DNA from: Octopus vulgaris
Taxonomy: Eukaryota
Assembly (NCBI GenBank): GCA_951406725.2
Contig: OX597825.1
Location: forward strand, 56,482,001 to 56,546,000
DNA: 64,000 bases
Reading direction: 5' to 3'
Positions 40,465 through 53,669 of this stretch are shown here, one piece after another. The notes under the pieces were generated by a model, which was not told the origin of the DNA, did no database searches, and worked only from the letters and a program-made list of their open reading frames with translations. Within the stretch, counting starts at the first letter, position 1; every line of letters begins with the position of its first letter. Both the position numbers and the translations under genes were made by a program.

Positions 40465-41640
40465 AATTCTCCCTTACAGAACAGATATCAATAATTTTAA
40501 TAATATTCTGCAAAAGAATGAGAGTGAGGTGGGGTCAGAGACAGTCAGACACACAGGCAGACAGACAAGCCGTCAGACAAACAGACATGCTTATAGAAGA
40601 GCGAAACATGCCCACAGACAGAAGGACAAACTTTCTCGTGTATATGTGTGTGTGTGTATTATATATGTATGTGTGTATATATGTATAACACACACACATA
40701 TGTATATATATGCATACATTTATATATTTGTGCATGTGCGTATGTGCGTGCGTGTGTGTATGTGTGTGTGTGTGTGTGTGTGTAGACAGAAAGATAGATG
40801 AACTGAGAGTAAGACAGTTGTTTGAGACAGGTAGACACATACACAGACAGGCCAATAGATAGACCGGGAGACATACAAACAATGACAGAGAGAAGATATA
40901 TAGACACTCGGACAGACACATAGACACACAGACAGTCATATAGACTCAGACAGACAGACAGACAGACAGACAAGAAAGACAAATTAATAAACATAATTAG
41001 GTCTTATATTTCTTCATATTTTAATTACACTTTTATTTATATAAATATAATAATGATATTTCAGTCTTATATTTCATATTATTTTGGTATAATTCCAGTT
41101 TTATTTACACCTATAGTATATTAAAATAGCTTATTTATTTAGTTAGGAAAGTAGTTATTTAAATCTACACAGTCTAGAAATCTCTTGAAAATTCTAATTT
41201 TATATATTTTTATCAGAATGTGGTTTTTAGTTAATTTATATAAAATTGTCACTGCAGAAAACTGATTTTAATTCACCTTGAGATAGCATTCCCTCTTTGT
41301 CTTTCTCTATCTGTTTGTCTTTCTGTCTCTCACTCTCTCTCTCTCTCTTTCTTTCGCTCTCTCTTTCTCTCTCTCTCTTTCTCTCTCTCTCTATCTCTCT
41401 CATTCTCTCTCTCGGTCTTTGCATGTCCGTCCCTCCGACCTTGATTCTCTCTCTCTCTCTTCATCACCTTCTTTCTCTATTACACAATAGGAATCTGGTA
41501 TGTATTTCCGACAGTTGATACTTTAGAGATCACCGTTCGTGTTATTGTACTTCATTTAAGGAACTGGTATTTCCCATCTATGTACATCTGTTTATATAAG
41601 TTATTGATACTAAAATGAATGTATAAACACACACTCACAC

Positions 41641-41701
<61 letters not shown>

Positions 41702-41704
<3 letters not shown>

Positions 41705-42042
41705 CCTTTTATTCTATTATTCTTTTACACGTTTCAGGCGGCCATGCTGGAGTACCGCCTTAAAGGGTTGTAGTCGAATAAATCGACCCTAGGAGTTATT
41801 CTTTGTAAGCCTAGTACTTATTCCGTCAGTGTCTTTTGCTGAGCCGCTATGTCACGGGGACATAAACACACCAACATTGGTTGTCGGGCGATGGTCAAGC
41901 GATGGCGATGGGCGAACACAGACACAATGGCATACACGTCAATATATATGCATATACGACGGGCTTCTTTCAGATTCCGTCTACTAAATTCACTCACAAG
42001 GCTTTGGTCGGTTCGAGGGTATAGTAGAAGACACTTGCCCAA
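41702..42042 (-). mobile_element. SINE family B (5'-truncated)
   Basis: gcggccatgctggagtaccgcc...agtagaagacacttgcccaa. Confidence 0.85.
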
Positions 42043-42141
42043 TATATATATGTGTATGTGTAAATAAATACACACACACACACACACACGTGTGCTTTCT
42101 AAATCACTGTCATGCAAAGTTACGAAATCTTTGGATATATA

Positions 42142-42706
42142 CGAGGTTTGATCTAAGCGTATCGGAACAGTCGCTATGGTAACGGAACTACAGTAAGCAG
42201 ATTGAAGCCGCTTGGCGCAGATTGACCTTGAACTTTGTCACGCATGCACACGAAGTCATAACGATGTCGCTCAGTTCTGTTGTTTATAGTAGTGCTTTAG
42301 ATTAATGCGTGTGTAAAGTGGAGTCGTCTCTAAAAGAAGATCGAGATTCTACTGTACAGGTTATCCTTGACCTTGACGCGGAAGGCGAAAACATTTTGAA
42401 AATGGCCATAACACGTGACGAATCGTTGGACTATGGCTATCTCTTCAAAACCAGGGTTCAGTCTCTGCAGTGTAAGACCCCAAAAAGATTTCAGGACGTC
42501 GAGGAAATCCAAGAGAATACGACGAGGTAGCGGTTGGCTATCCCAAAGAAAAGGAGTTCCAGGTTGCTTCCATCAATGAAAACGATGCTCGATGCAGTGT
42601 GTGGCTCGAGAAGGGGCCTACGTCGAAGGAGATTAAATGCCAAATTGGTATGCGCTGAAGTTTTCTTTTTATGACACCAGTCTCGATACATTTTGATCAG
42701 ACTTTG
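42142..42706 (+). mobile_element. Internally deleted mariner element
   Basis: TA-flanked TIRs cgaggtttgatctaagcgtatcg / cgatacattttgatcagactttg. ORF 42309-42530 fuses ENILKMAITRDESLDYGY (ITGDESWVYGY-like) to KRFQDVEEIQENTTR. Confidence 0.85.
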
Positions 42707-42766
42707 TAAAAATGCGAAAGACTTTGAAGAGGCGAAGTCAACATAATACCTGATTTCTTCAAAAGT

Positions 42767-43006
42767 TCAGGTGTGGGTGTGTGATAAGAAGTTTGTTTCA
42801 CAACCACATGCTTCTGGATTCAGTCCCACTGCGTAGCAACTTGGGAAAGTGTCTTCTACTACAGCTTCGGGCTGGCCAAAAGTCTTGGGTGTGGATTTCG
42901 TAAACGGAAACTGAAAGAATCCTGTTGTATATATGTATATATGAAACTTAGATATGTTTCGACCAAAGGTTGGTCCAGGCTATGTCTAACTTAATAGCAC
43001 CACCTG

Positions 43007-43080
<74 letters not shown>

Positions 43081-43275
43081 CTATCTGTGTTTTTCCCCAT
43101 CATCGCTTGATAACCAGATGTTGGCGTGTTTATGTCACCGCAACTTAGGGATTCAGCAAACCAACCGATAAAGTAAATACCAGGCTTTAAAAATAATCCT
43201 GCGATCAATTCATTTAATGCGGTGCTCCAGCATGGCCGCAGACTGAAACAGATGAAAGAATAAAAGGATAAAAGA
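42767..43275 (+). mobile_element. SINE family B, near full-length and diverged
   Basis: caggtgtgggtgtgtgataagaag...ggattcagtcccactgcg...gcggtgctccagcatggccgcag. Confidence 0.85.
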
Positions 43276-43536
43276 ATTGTCTTTGAATGCTTGTTATTAT
43301 TCTACTTGTATTAATTGAACTACAGATTGCTAGTAGACCAATAAAGCTTACAAAGAGAAATTAGACGTAACATATCAGAAATATTACACAATTTCGGAAT
43401 TAAATGTTTAAATATCATACGCCGACTAATAGAAAACTACGCAGAGGCCAGTGTTTCTGCTGGTTATATAATTTCAGTCTTATATTTCTTAACATTGTAA
43501 TTCCACTTTTATTTCCATGTTTCGTAATTACTGATG

Positions 43537-43610
<74 letters not shown>

Positions 43611-43919
43611 GTGTCTGTTTTTACCTACATATTTATATATGCAGTTGTGTATCTATGTGTATTTATATATTTATATTTAAGCAGACAGGAACAGATACAT
43701 AAATACGTACAAACCCTCACACACCCACACACATACACACACATACACAGAAGTGTGTACTGAAATGTTCCTTGATTTAAGTGTATCGCGAAAGGCGAGC
43801 GCTTAGAAAAACTGAAGGATTGCTGCAATAATTACGTGAATATATTGCGTAAAATCATTATTAACTGATCCTCCTGTGCTTTCTTTTACCCAAAGGCAGG
43901 ATCTTTTCAGTATCCCTTC

Positions 43920-43995
<76 letters not shown>

Positions 43996-44015
43996 TAGGA
44001 GGACAGATTTTATTA

Positions 44016-44176
44016 TACAGTTAATCACAATTTTCCATGTCAGCACCTACACGTGTTTCCGCTGCAAGTCGGTGCAAACTGCAAATTTTGCATCTTGCAT
44101 TGTTAACCGGTACAAGAGAACACGGTACCCATTAGGATTGTGTATCCCTATTAACCGGCATTGGAAATATACCTGA

Positions 44177-44225
<49 letters not shown>

Positions 44226-44461
44226 TACATATACTGTTATATTTTTAATAAATGTGTATATGCGTATGTACGTTTAATATGCAATGTTATAGTCTCAGGT
44301 TACAGTTAATCACAATTTTCCATGTCAGCACCTACACGTGTTTCCGCTGCAAGTCGGTGCAAACTGCAAATTTTGCATCTTGCATTGTTAACCGGTACAA
44401 GAGAACACGGTACCCATTAGGATTGTGTATCCCTATTAACCGGCATTGGAAATATACCTGA

Positions 44462-44508
<47 letters not shown>

Positions 44509-44521
44509 AGTACATATTCTG

Positions 44522-44522
<1 letters not shown>
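44016..44522 (-). repeat. Direct duplication of a ~165-bp unique segment plus (TA)n; probable Penelope pLTR fragment
   Basis: 44016-44180 and 44301-44465 are identical by eye. Each contains minus-strand GAAAC-ACGT-GTA (hammerhead stem III half). Embedded in (TA)n runs. Confidence 0.7.
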
Positions 44523-44572
<50 letters not shown>

Positions 44573-44679
44573 AGATCTTAATGTTTCTGTCTGATAAGAA
44601 TACACAAGAAAGTCTTATCTCGTTGTAAATAAACCCTAATTATTGGACATGTCCATCAAGACTAATGACCGGAACGTCT

Positions 44680-44746
44680 GAGCTATTATTGACACATACA
44701 ACATCTTAAACACACACAAACACACATGCATATAGACAAGCACACA

Positions 44747-44787
<41 letters not shown>

Positions 44788-45143
44788 TTGTATATGTCTA
44801 TCTATATGACACGCTATATCTGTAAGCACATATCTACACATATATTTACGCATAAATATTTGTATATTTATATATGTTTATATGTATGTATGTTTATGTG
44901 TATGTACGTATGTATGTTTATGTGTATGTATGTATGTATGTTTATGTGTATGTATGTATGTATGTTTATGTGTATGTATGTATGTATGTTTATGTGTATG
45001 TATGTATGTATGTATGTATATACATATATGCATGTACGTTTGAGCTATTATTGACACATACAACATCTTAAACACACACAAACACACATGCATATAGACA
45101 AGCACACACACACATACACACACACACACACACACAGAATTTG

Positions 45144-45229
<86 letters not shown>

Positions 45230-45305
45230 GGTTTGATGTGTATGTATGTATGTATGTTTATGTGTATGTATGTATGTATGTATATACATATATGCATGTA
45301 CGTTT
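44680..45305 (+). repeat. Local tandem duplication with (TATG)n-derived 20-bp minisatellite
   Basis: gagctattattgacacatacaacatcttaaac...cagaatt at ~44681 and ~45042; (tatgtatgtatgtttatgtg)n at ~44875-45010. Confidence 0.85.
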
Positions 45306-45401
45306 GTGTGCATACGTATAACTCAGATAGGCTCCCATATCAATGTGAATTCATCTCCCATTATCTCTTTCTCTCTGTCCTTCAGCAAAAATATGTTTGT
45401 G

Positions 45402-45449
<48 letters not shown>

Positions 45450-45472
45450 CATACATACATACATGCATACAT

Positions 45473-45505
<33 letters not shown>

Positions 45506-46384
45506 AACGTGTATGTTCAGAAAGCACATATACGTATATGTATAAATATGTGTGCGCCTGTGTGTACGCTTATATGCTTACATATGTATATATATATATT
45601 TATATATATGCACACACAAAAATATACTGACTCCACATATATACACACGCGTTACAAATCTCTGCTAAAAATGTTGCTATAGTCTTAATTCCAAACCAGA
45701 CACATACGGCAGAACATTTTAACTAATATCATATTCAATATTATGTATATTTGAAATAATTCTTTGAAATATTGGAATATCAACTTATAGGACCTTTACT
45801 ACGAACTTTCTCGGGGTGTTTCTACTGTAAATATGATTCTTAATATTTTCTCCGTATTCATTTGTCGATTCACGAAACGATGGTTATTCTCGTACCACAT
45901 GTTTCGTGGATTTATTTCAATCGTTGCGCTTTCATTTTTGCTTGTTTTGTTTTTGCCACGAATTTGATTTATTTGTTTATGCCTTTGTTTAGATATTTTA
46001 TTGTAATGTAGATACAATATCATCAATTTCAATGAAGTCACTATTAATTATACAGACCCCATCATCTTACTGGTACTTTATTTCATCGACACCCGAAAGG
46101 ATAATATGTACTATATGTTATATTTATTTTGTTTCTATCTTTTCTTTAATTTGTTGAATATACTATATTGTACTAAAGACTATGTCTGCAGATCTTTAGC
46201 CAGCACTACAAGCATAGACAGATATAAACATCTTGTCTTCATATAAATCTTCACGCAGCGGTCCCAGACATTTTTATTTTTTTAACCAGGGACTGGTTTC
46301 ATGCACGACAGTTTTCCCACAGACCGGAGGATCACGTGCATAACAAAAGAGAATAAAGTGCATAATTTAATTATTACATATATT

Positions 46385-47565
46385 TCTATATATAAAAGTG
46401 AAATGGCCGAAAGTTGTATGTTTGCGTGTCTCGTTTCGTGGTTATGCAGGGTTCAATGGCAGTAGGCGTGCTCGGATTGCGGCGAAAATTTACAGGGACC
46501 TGTAAAATGAGGCGATGAAACGACTGAACTAGGCTATAGTTACTAGGGCAACAAACCCAGATTTTGACAAGTGTTTATCGTTTCTCTCTTTTGGATATCA
46601 CCCTGTCTTCCTCGTTCTCTCTCTTTCCTCCCTTCCCTCCACGTTCTCTCTATAACGACGTTTGACAGCTTCCACTATCTTTCCCTCTACGCCTTCGCCG
46701 TCCCTCTGTCACTCTTTCTTCCACCGCCTCTCTCTCTCTCTCTCCCTCTCCCTCTCTCTCGCTCTCTCTCTCTGTAAGTGTGCCTCTATCTGTGGAGAGA
46801 AAGTGTTGACAGCCGTAAAAGTTTACATATTCCCGCCACAGGTCTTTTACAACGGTGAATTATTATCACCCACCACCACCGCACAATCCTCCCACCACAA
46901 GCCTTTTAGAATGATGAATTACTATCGCCCACCACCACCGCACAATCATGATAACAGATAGTATTAATAAGATATTTATTGTGTTAATTCATATATATGT
47001 GTGTGTGTGTGTAAATATATATATATATAATGTGTATATATATAATGTATATATCTATATAATTTATATATATATAATGTGTATATATATATATATATAT
47101 ATAGTGTATATATCTATATTTATATATGTGTGTGTATATATATATGATGTGTATAAATATATATATATATATAATGCGTCTATATGTATATATATATACT
47201 AGCAGTATCGCCCGGTGTTGCTCGGGTTTGTAAGGGAAATAACTATAAAGCATTTTTAGAGAGTTATAGCCAAAAAATAGCAAAAAAATTGAAAAAAAAT
47301 GATGGTAAATTTTTTTGGAGAGTTAAAAAAGGTGGAGTTGCGTCCCCTACACGGTCTGTGGTTTGGGTTTCTGATTCTCGACCCCATGTCGAATTTATCG
47401 ATTTTTTTCAGAACTGGGGGAACTTTTCAAAATTTTCGGTGCGTTAGTTTTGAATTATGACATTGGGCTATGTGTGTGTCAAGTTTCATCAGAATCGGTT
47501 GAAAGCCGTGGCCAGAGTGAGGGTACGAGAAAACAGACACACAGAAAACGCACAGACAAACTGCC

Positions 47566-47630
<65 letters not shown>

Positions 47631-47866
47631 GTGTGCATATGCGGTCGGATTGAGCTGAAAATATGCATACCTATGTTAAAAGTGCTGGCGAGTTTGCATG
47701 GCAACTTTGAGTTTGCTCAATTGAAAGGCGTGGCCTCTAGGGCAAAATTCATCATCTTTTAAAATGTGGCCCGCGTAGACCCGAATGAAATCGGGCTATA
47801 ATACCGAAACGAGTAAAACAATAATAAACTATTTCAATCCTTAGAAAGGCCGGGTTTCTCTGCTAG
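46385..47866 (+). mobile_element. Non-autonomous Helitron-like element
   Basis: 5' TCtatatataaaagtg and 3' ...gaaaggccgggtttctctgCTAG followed by T. Confidence 0.55.
47199..47575 (-). mobile_element. Second non-autonomous Helitron-like element nested in (TA)n
   Basis: a-CTAG-cagtat-cgcccggtgttgctcggg is the reverse complement of hairpin + CTAG|T; the other end runs into tttatatata. Confidence 0.7.
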
Positions 47867-47874
47867 TAATACAT

Positions 47875-48150
47875 ATAATGGTAAAGACCACCTTCGATCA
47901 TGAATGACCATGGGATTGCACCAAGAATGTTCTCCTCCGAAGTAGAAGTCCGGGAAAATTCGTTTATGGATGACCAGCAGCCTCCCATGCATACCAGCTT
48001 CCTCTCTCTACGCCACCGATGTTATCCAGGGGAAAGGCAAAAGCTGATACAGCTTGGTAGCAATGACGTCGCAACTAAGTTTTACAGCAGAGTCAATTAG
48101 AGCAACATGAAATAAAATGTCTTGATCAAGAACACAATACACAGGAGCCG
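47875..48150 (-). mobile_element. SINE with RTE-like tail, diverged
   Basis: Minus strand gtgttcttgatcaagaca, then ttttgcctttcccctggataacatcggtggcgtagagagagg...ctggtatgcatggg. Confidence 0.55.
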
Positions 48151-48618
48151 AATATATAAATGCAAAAACACCCTGCAGAGAGCGATTGTCACTAAAATAA
48201 TAATAAAATTTAAAAACCTATCCTTTCCGTGCAACCTAGAATCAAATTAGCCATAGCCTGCTACTGATCAGCAACCTGGGGACAGGAGACCCCTGCTTTC
48301 GTTGATACAAAAGGATGGCTGTCTCGAAATAGTTTCAGTAATCAGCTACTTAGTACTCGCTTTAACTGTCCATGGGGGCTGTTTGTTTTTTTTTTTACAA
48401 ATTCACTATTACAAAGGGATTAAGTAAATAAGACGCATAAATCTGAATAATACAACGTATTAATAGCAGTTTGATGAATAAATACTGATGTGTTGACAAC
48501 CTGTATATGAAGATATTGTGTATAAAGACAATATGTTTAAATTAGTCTGGTTACAAATCTATAAGTATATTCTGTATTGCAATATAGCATTGAAATAAAA
48601 CATTGTTAATATAGCAAT

Positions 48619-48992
48619 AATTTGTTGAAATATTCTTTTCTACTCTAGGCATAAGGCCAGAAATTTTATAGGGGGGGGGGGGGGCAGTTGATTAGATTGC
48701 TCCCAGTACGCAACTGCTACTTAATTTATCGACTCCGAGAGGATAAAAGGCAAAGTCGACCTCGGCGGAATTTGAACTCAGAACGTAAAGACAGATAAAA
48801 TTTCTTGAAATATTCTTTTATGCTCTGGGCAGAAGGCCCGAAATTTTGGGGGAGGTGGGGTAAATTGATTAGATCCACCCCAGTACGCAACTGGTACTTA
48901 AAATTATCGACCCCGAAAGGATGAAAGGTAAAGTCGACCTCGGCGGAATTTGAACTCAGAACGTAAAGACAGACGAAATTTGTTGAAATATT
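48619..48992 (-). mobile_element. Dimer of 5'-truncated family A SINEs with a triplicated 16-bp flank
   Basis: aattt(g/c)ttgaaatatt at 48619, 48799 and 48977 brackets two SINE bodies. Confidence 0.88.
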
Positions 48993-49818
48993 GACTGCTG
49001 TATACTTAAGAAGTTTCCTTTGCAGCCACGATGTCACGGGTTCATCCTACTGCTTGCGTCAGTTTCTATAGCTCTGTGAGGGATAATGAGGAGATGGAAA
49101 TTGGGCAGAAAGCCTCTCGAGTGTATTGTACCCATAATTCAAGATGGTACAACCATCTGACACACTGGCACGTTCGTTCGGCTTTAGAATTACATTAAGG
49201 GTAAACGCGCCTGTGAAATACTCAGCCACTTACAAGGAAATTCAATAGCAGCCAGTTCAGCTGATTGAACAGCTGAATCATATTCGTCAGACGACGATGG
49301 TGAAACACAAATTCTTACAGATCGATGGTGGACAGGCAGTTCTGACTAAATAAACCTCAATATTTTACTGAGACTTAAATTTAGCAAACCCAGAAGTATG
49401 ATCATCAAAGTGGATCTTGCAGGGATCTGAACTTGAAAGTGATGCAAAGGTAGATAATTACAATATAAAAGTAGGTAACAAAAATTGTAACATATTATAG
49501 ACGGGTGTATTGTGGATCCGGCTGATCTATTGCCCTTCCTTTAACCTTGCGCTGTTGTTTCAATGAAACCGCTCACTAGATTATATTTTGGGCTTGCAAT
49601 AAACGCAAAAATCAAAACCCGAAAGCGAAATTCCTGTGTTCCATACTACAAGTGATTGTTTCATTCCACTTGTTTCTATCGTATGTTTATTCTCTTTCTT
49701 CCACAAACGTCGGCCATCATCTCACCCAACAAAACCATGACGGCCTTACATATCTCATTTCCTCTGCTTGCTTGCAGAAATCAAACTACCTCCTCATGTG
49801 TGTGTATGTATGTATATG

Positions 49819-49934
<116 letters not shown>

Positions 49935-50040
49935 CGTGTATGTGTATGTCTGTATGTATGTATATATATGTGTGTGTATATATATGTATACATATATATA
50001 TGTGTGCGTGTATTTATACATACATACATACATACATACA

Positions 50041-50074
<34 letters not shown>

Positions 50075-50837
50075 CGAGCGAATTAATGGGTATGTAAAGA
50101 TAAGTGTGTACATAGGAAGTACGTATGTATACATACATGTTTACACAGAAACACATACATATATGAGTGGGTGTGTATGCATATGCGGCACTTTACAAGT
50201 GCAAACAGTAGTATGCTCAATTTATGTAATGATGAATATGTATGGAGTCGAGTATGTGCGTATATGTGTGTGTGTCTATGTGTATGTCTATATGTGTTCG
50301 TATCTGTGTGTGTGTGTCTGTATCTGTGTGACTATGTACATATGTCTATATATGATGTATGTGTCTGTATAAGTATGCGCCTGCATGTGTGTATCAATAT
50401 GCACGTGTCTATGTATGTTTGCGTGTCAACGTACGTGTGTGTATGTGAGTGAGTGTTTGCGTGTATGTAGTCATATATATATGCACTCCGCTATCGCGGT
50501 TCCTTGCAATTATCAGAATTACCAACGGTAACTACACATAAAACGTACATCTATCTCAGACCCACTAACTACTACTGGTATCTACACTCTAACCCCCATA
50601 GTTACCACTGGTATCAATACAACAGGAATATACACAGCTATGGTATAAATTTAGAGTCACAAGCACTAACTTATGCACACACACACACACACTATCGACT
50701 TGACCTTTTTTCTTTCCAATTCTCAAGAAAATAAATATCACTCATATACGCAGTACCAGTAAAATACTTGTTATCATGTCCCCTAATATCCGGTCTTGTG
50801 CCTTTATTAGATGTTTGTTGACTTTATCAGGGCAGTG

Positions 50838-52330
50838 ATAAGGTGACAAGTTGCCAGAATCGTAAGCAGGTCGGGCAAAATGCTTAGCGTCCGTCTTTAC
50901 GTTCTGAGTTCAAATTCCGCCGAGCTCAACTTCGCTGTGAATCATTTCGGGGTCAATAAAATAAGTACCTGTTGGGGGTTGATGTAATCGAATTATCCTC
51001 TCCGCGAAAGTTACTGGCCTTGTGCCAAAACTTGAAACCATTATTAGACTAGTGGTAGTTTGCACACCGGACAAAATGCTTAGTGGCAAGTCTTCCGGCT
51101 TTTCCTTCTCAATTCAAATTCCGTCGAGGCCAACTTTGCACTTTATCCTTCTCGGTTTGTTAATATAATACCAGCTGAGCACTGGGGCCATTGTAATCGA
51201 TAAGTCCCCCCCTCTAGAAATTCAATTTTTGACCCAATAATAGAAAGAATTATGAGAGTACTAGATCGGGTGTTGAGGGATCGAATTCGTTAAAAGAATC
51301 GGAAAATGCTTTACGTGTTTTGTTCCGAGTTTTGTGTTCAAACCACGACGAGGTCATCTTTACCTTTCATCTAACCGCGGTCGATAAAATGACGTACCAG
51401 TCAAGAACTAGGAACGATGTAATTGACCAGTTTCCTGTTCTCAAAATTGCTGGCTTTGAGCGTAAATTGGAGCAGCAATAGGAAGGTTGGTTGACAGAAT
51501 CGTTAGTGTGTCGGATAAAATGCACTGTGCTATTGGGTGGAATTCTGGTTTAGGAACCCTAATAGCCTTTTTTATTTTTTGGAATTTTTAGAAAAATGTT
51601 GCGAATTGGTGTTCTACACGTGGGAATTCACACAATTACATGATCAAAATTTTTTTTTCTTTATTCTGTAAACCATAAAAGTTCCACTATTTTGCGAATC
51701 TTTGTTCAAAATACGAAGAGTACGAATCTTTAGCTTATTCCATTACATGTGTTTGTGGAGAGAATAATATTGAGAAACATCAATAGATGTCAAAGTTACA
51801 AAGAAACGCGGATGATACCAAGCGGTAGTAAGCTGTGCTAAAAATTACAGCTAAATCGCCCTTAAATCACACACACTATTTTTTCCATAATCGTATGAAT
51901 TCCCGTGTGTAGAACACAAATTCGCAAAAATTTCCTGAAAATTCCAAAGCATAAAAGGTTATGTGGGGTTATATGGGATGACTAAACCAGAATTCCACCC
52001 GGTATTGTTGCAGCTCTTTATGTTCTGAGTTCAAATATCGCCGAGGTTGACTTTGCCATTCATCTCAAGGAGAGCGATAAAATAATGTATCGGTCTAATA
52101 CCGAGGTCGTTGTAATAGACTGACTCCCCTCAAAAAACGCTGGCCTTATTTTTCAATTCGAAAAACTTATTTGGACAGCTGTCTCCCGAGCTAACATAAT
52201 CATTACTTATTCGGTAGAAGACCTTATAAAAATATCTGACAGTAGCTAGATTGATTTCATTGTAACGCGAGTTCAAATCCCGCTGGATGCAGTCTTCTTT
52301 TATCTTCGCTCCAGATGGATATAAAAGAAA
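50838..52330 (+). mobile_element. Cluster of about 5 co-oriented, diverged family A SINEs
   Basis: B-box/body motifs near 50905, 51110, 51335, 52025 and 52270. Confidence 0.8.
51535..52000. mobile_element. MITE with ~100-bp TIRs inserted inside a SINE
   Basis: Perfect 19-bp termini gggtggaattctggtttag / ctaaaccagaattccaccc, with imperfect pairing further in. Flanks gctatt / ggtatt. Confidence 0.9.
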
Positions 52331-52620
52331 TTGTTTATCGGGGTGTGTACAAAATAAGCAAATTGCTTATATTCGCCCTAGTTGTGTATAAAATAAACAA
52401 ATTGTTTATCATCGCCTTGGGTATGTATAAAATAAATAAATTATCATCGTCATAGGTATATATAAATGAACATTATTTATCATCAGTCTGAATGTCTATA
52501 AATAAACAATTTGTTCATCGTCGCCTTGGGTGTGTATAAAATAAACAAAATGTTTACCATCGCGTTGCATACGTTTAAAATAAATTCTTTGTCATTGCTT
52601 TAAGTGTGTATGAAATAAAT
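52318..52620 (+). repeat. ~38-bp minisatellite, about 8 diverged copies
   Basis: Unit approximately tataaaataaacaaattgtttatcatcgccttgggtgtg. Confidence 0.85.
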
Positions 52621-53104
52621 AGCAATTAAGTGTAAGAGTCGGTATATTCAATTACATATCACTGCCCTTCTCACCACAAACTTTAGCTGAGTTGGTACAG
52701 ATCCATGCAAGATGCAGCGTATTTTAGTTCTGATTTCGAAACGCTCCGGCGGCGTTTAAATCTTTTGCTGCCACAGCCCGACGAGCAAACAATGAAATAC
52801 CGAGAGAGAGACTCTATGTAGCAGCGACATAGGCAAAGGGCAGACCGGAAGAGTTCCTGCGTTAATAGGTGAAAATCCGCAAAGTAGAGACAGCACCGCA
52901 CGGTATATTATTTTTTGTTATTTTTATAATTTATATATATTTATTTTATTATAAATGCAAAATAACACCACAGAGGAATCGACGTAAGCTTGAATAATAA
53001 ACCGCGACGGGTGAACCGCCATATGGCGCAGGATTATTATATATATACACGCATAAATACATATAGCATACATGTGTGTATATATATTATATATATATTG
53101 CTCT

Positions 53105-53514
53105 TTTTACTATTTTACTTGTTTCAGTCATTTGACTGTGGCCATGCTGGAGCACCACCTTTTAGTTGAGCAAATCGACCCCAGAACTTATTCTTTGTAA
53201 GCCTAGTACTTATTCTATCGGTGTCTTTTGCCGAACCGCTATGTTATAGGGACGTAAACACACCAGCATCGGTTGTCAAGCGATGTTGGGAGGCACAAGC
53301 ACAGACACACAAACATATACGCATACACATACATATATATAGATATATACATACATACATACAACGGACTTCTTTCAGTTTCCGTCTACCAAATCCACTC
53401 ACAAGGCTTTGGTCGGCCCGAGGCTATAGCAGAAGAGACGTGTCCAAGGTGCCACGCAGTGGGACTGAACCCGGAACCATGTGGTTCGTAAGCAAGCTAC
53501 TTACCACACAGCCA
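53105..53514 (-). mobile_element. SINE family B, near full-length
   Basis: Reverse complement of the 30348-30752 element, up to cttaccacacagcca. Confidence 0.92.
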
Positions 53515-53529
53515 TATATATATATATAC

Positions 53530-53582
<53 letters not shown>

Positions 53583-53589
53583 TACATAC

Positions 53590-53667
<78 letters not shown>

Positions 53668-53669
53668 CA

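Larger units (their letters stand above)
46256..48295. mobile_element. hAT-Charlie (MER1-like) non-autonomous element hosting nested insertions
   Basis: Left end cagcggtcccagac...accagggactggtttcatgcacgacagttttcccacagaccgg and right end gccatagcctgctactgatcagcaacctggggacaggagacccctg both resemble MER1/Charlie3 termini as I recall them. No clear TSD. Confidence 0.6.
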
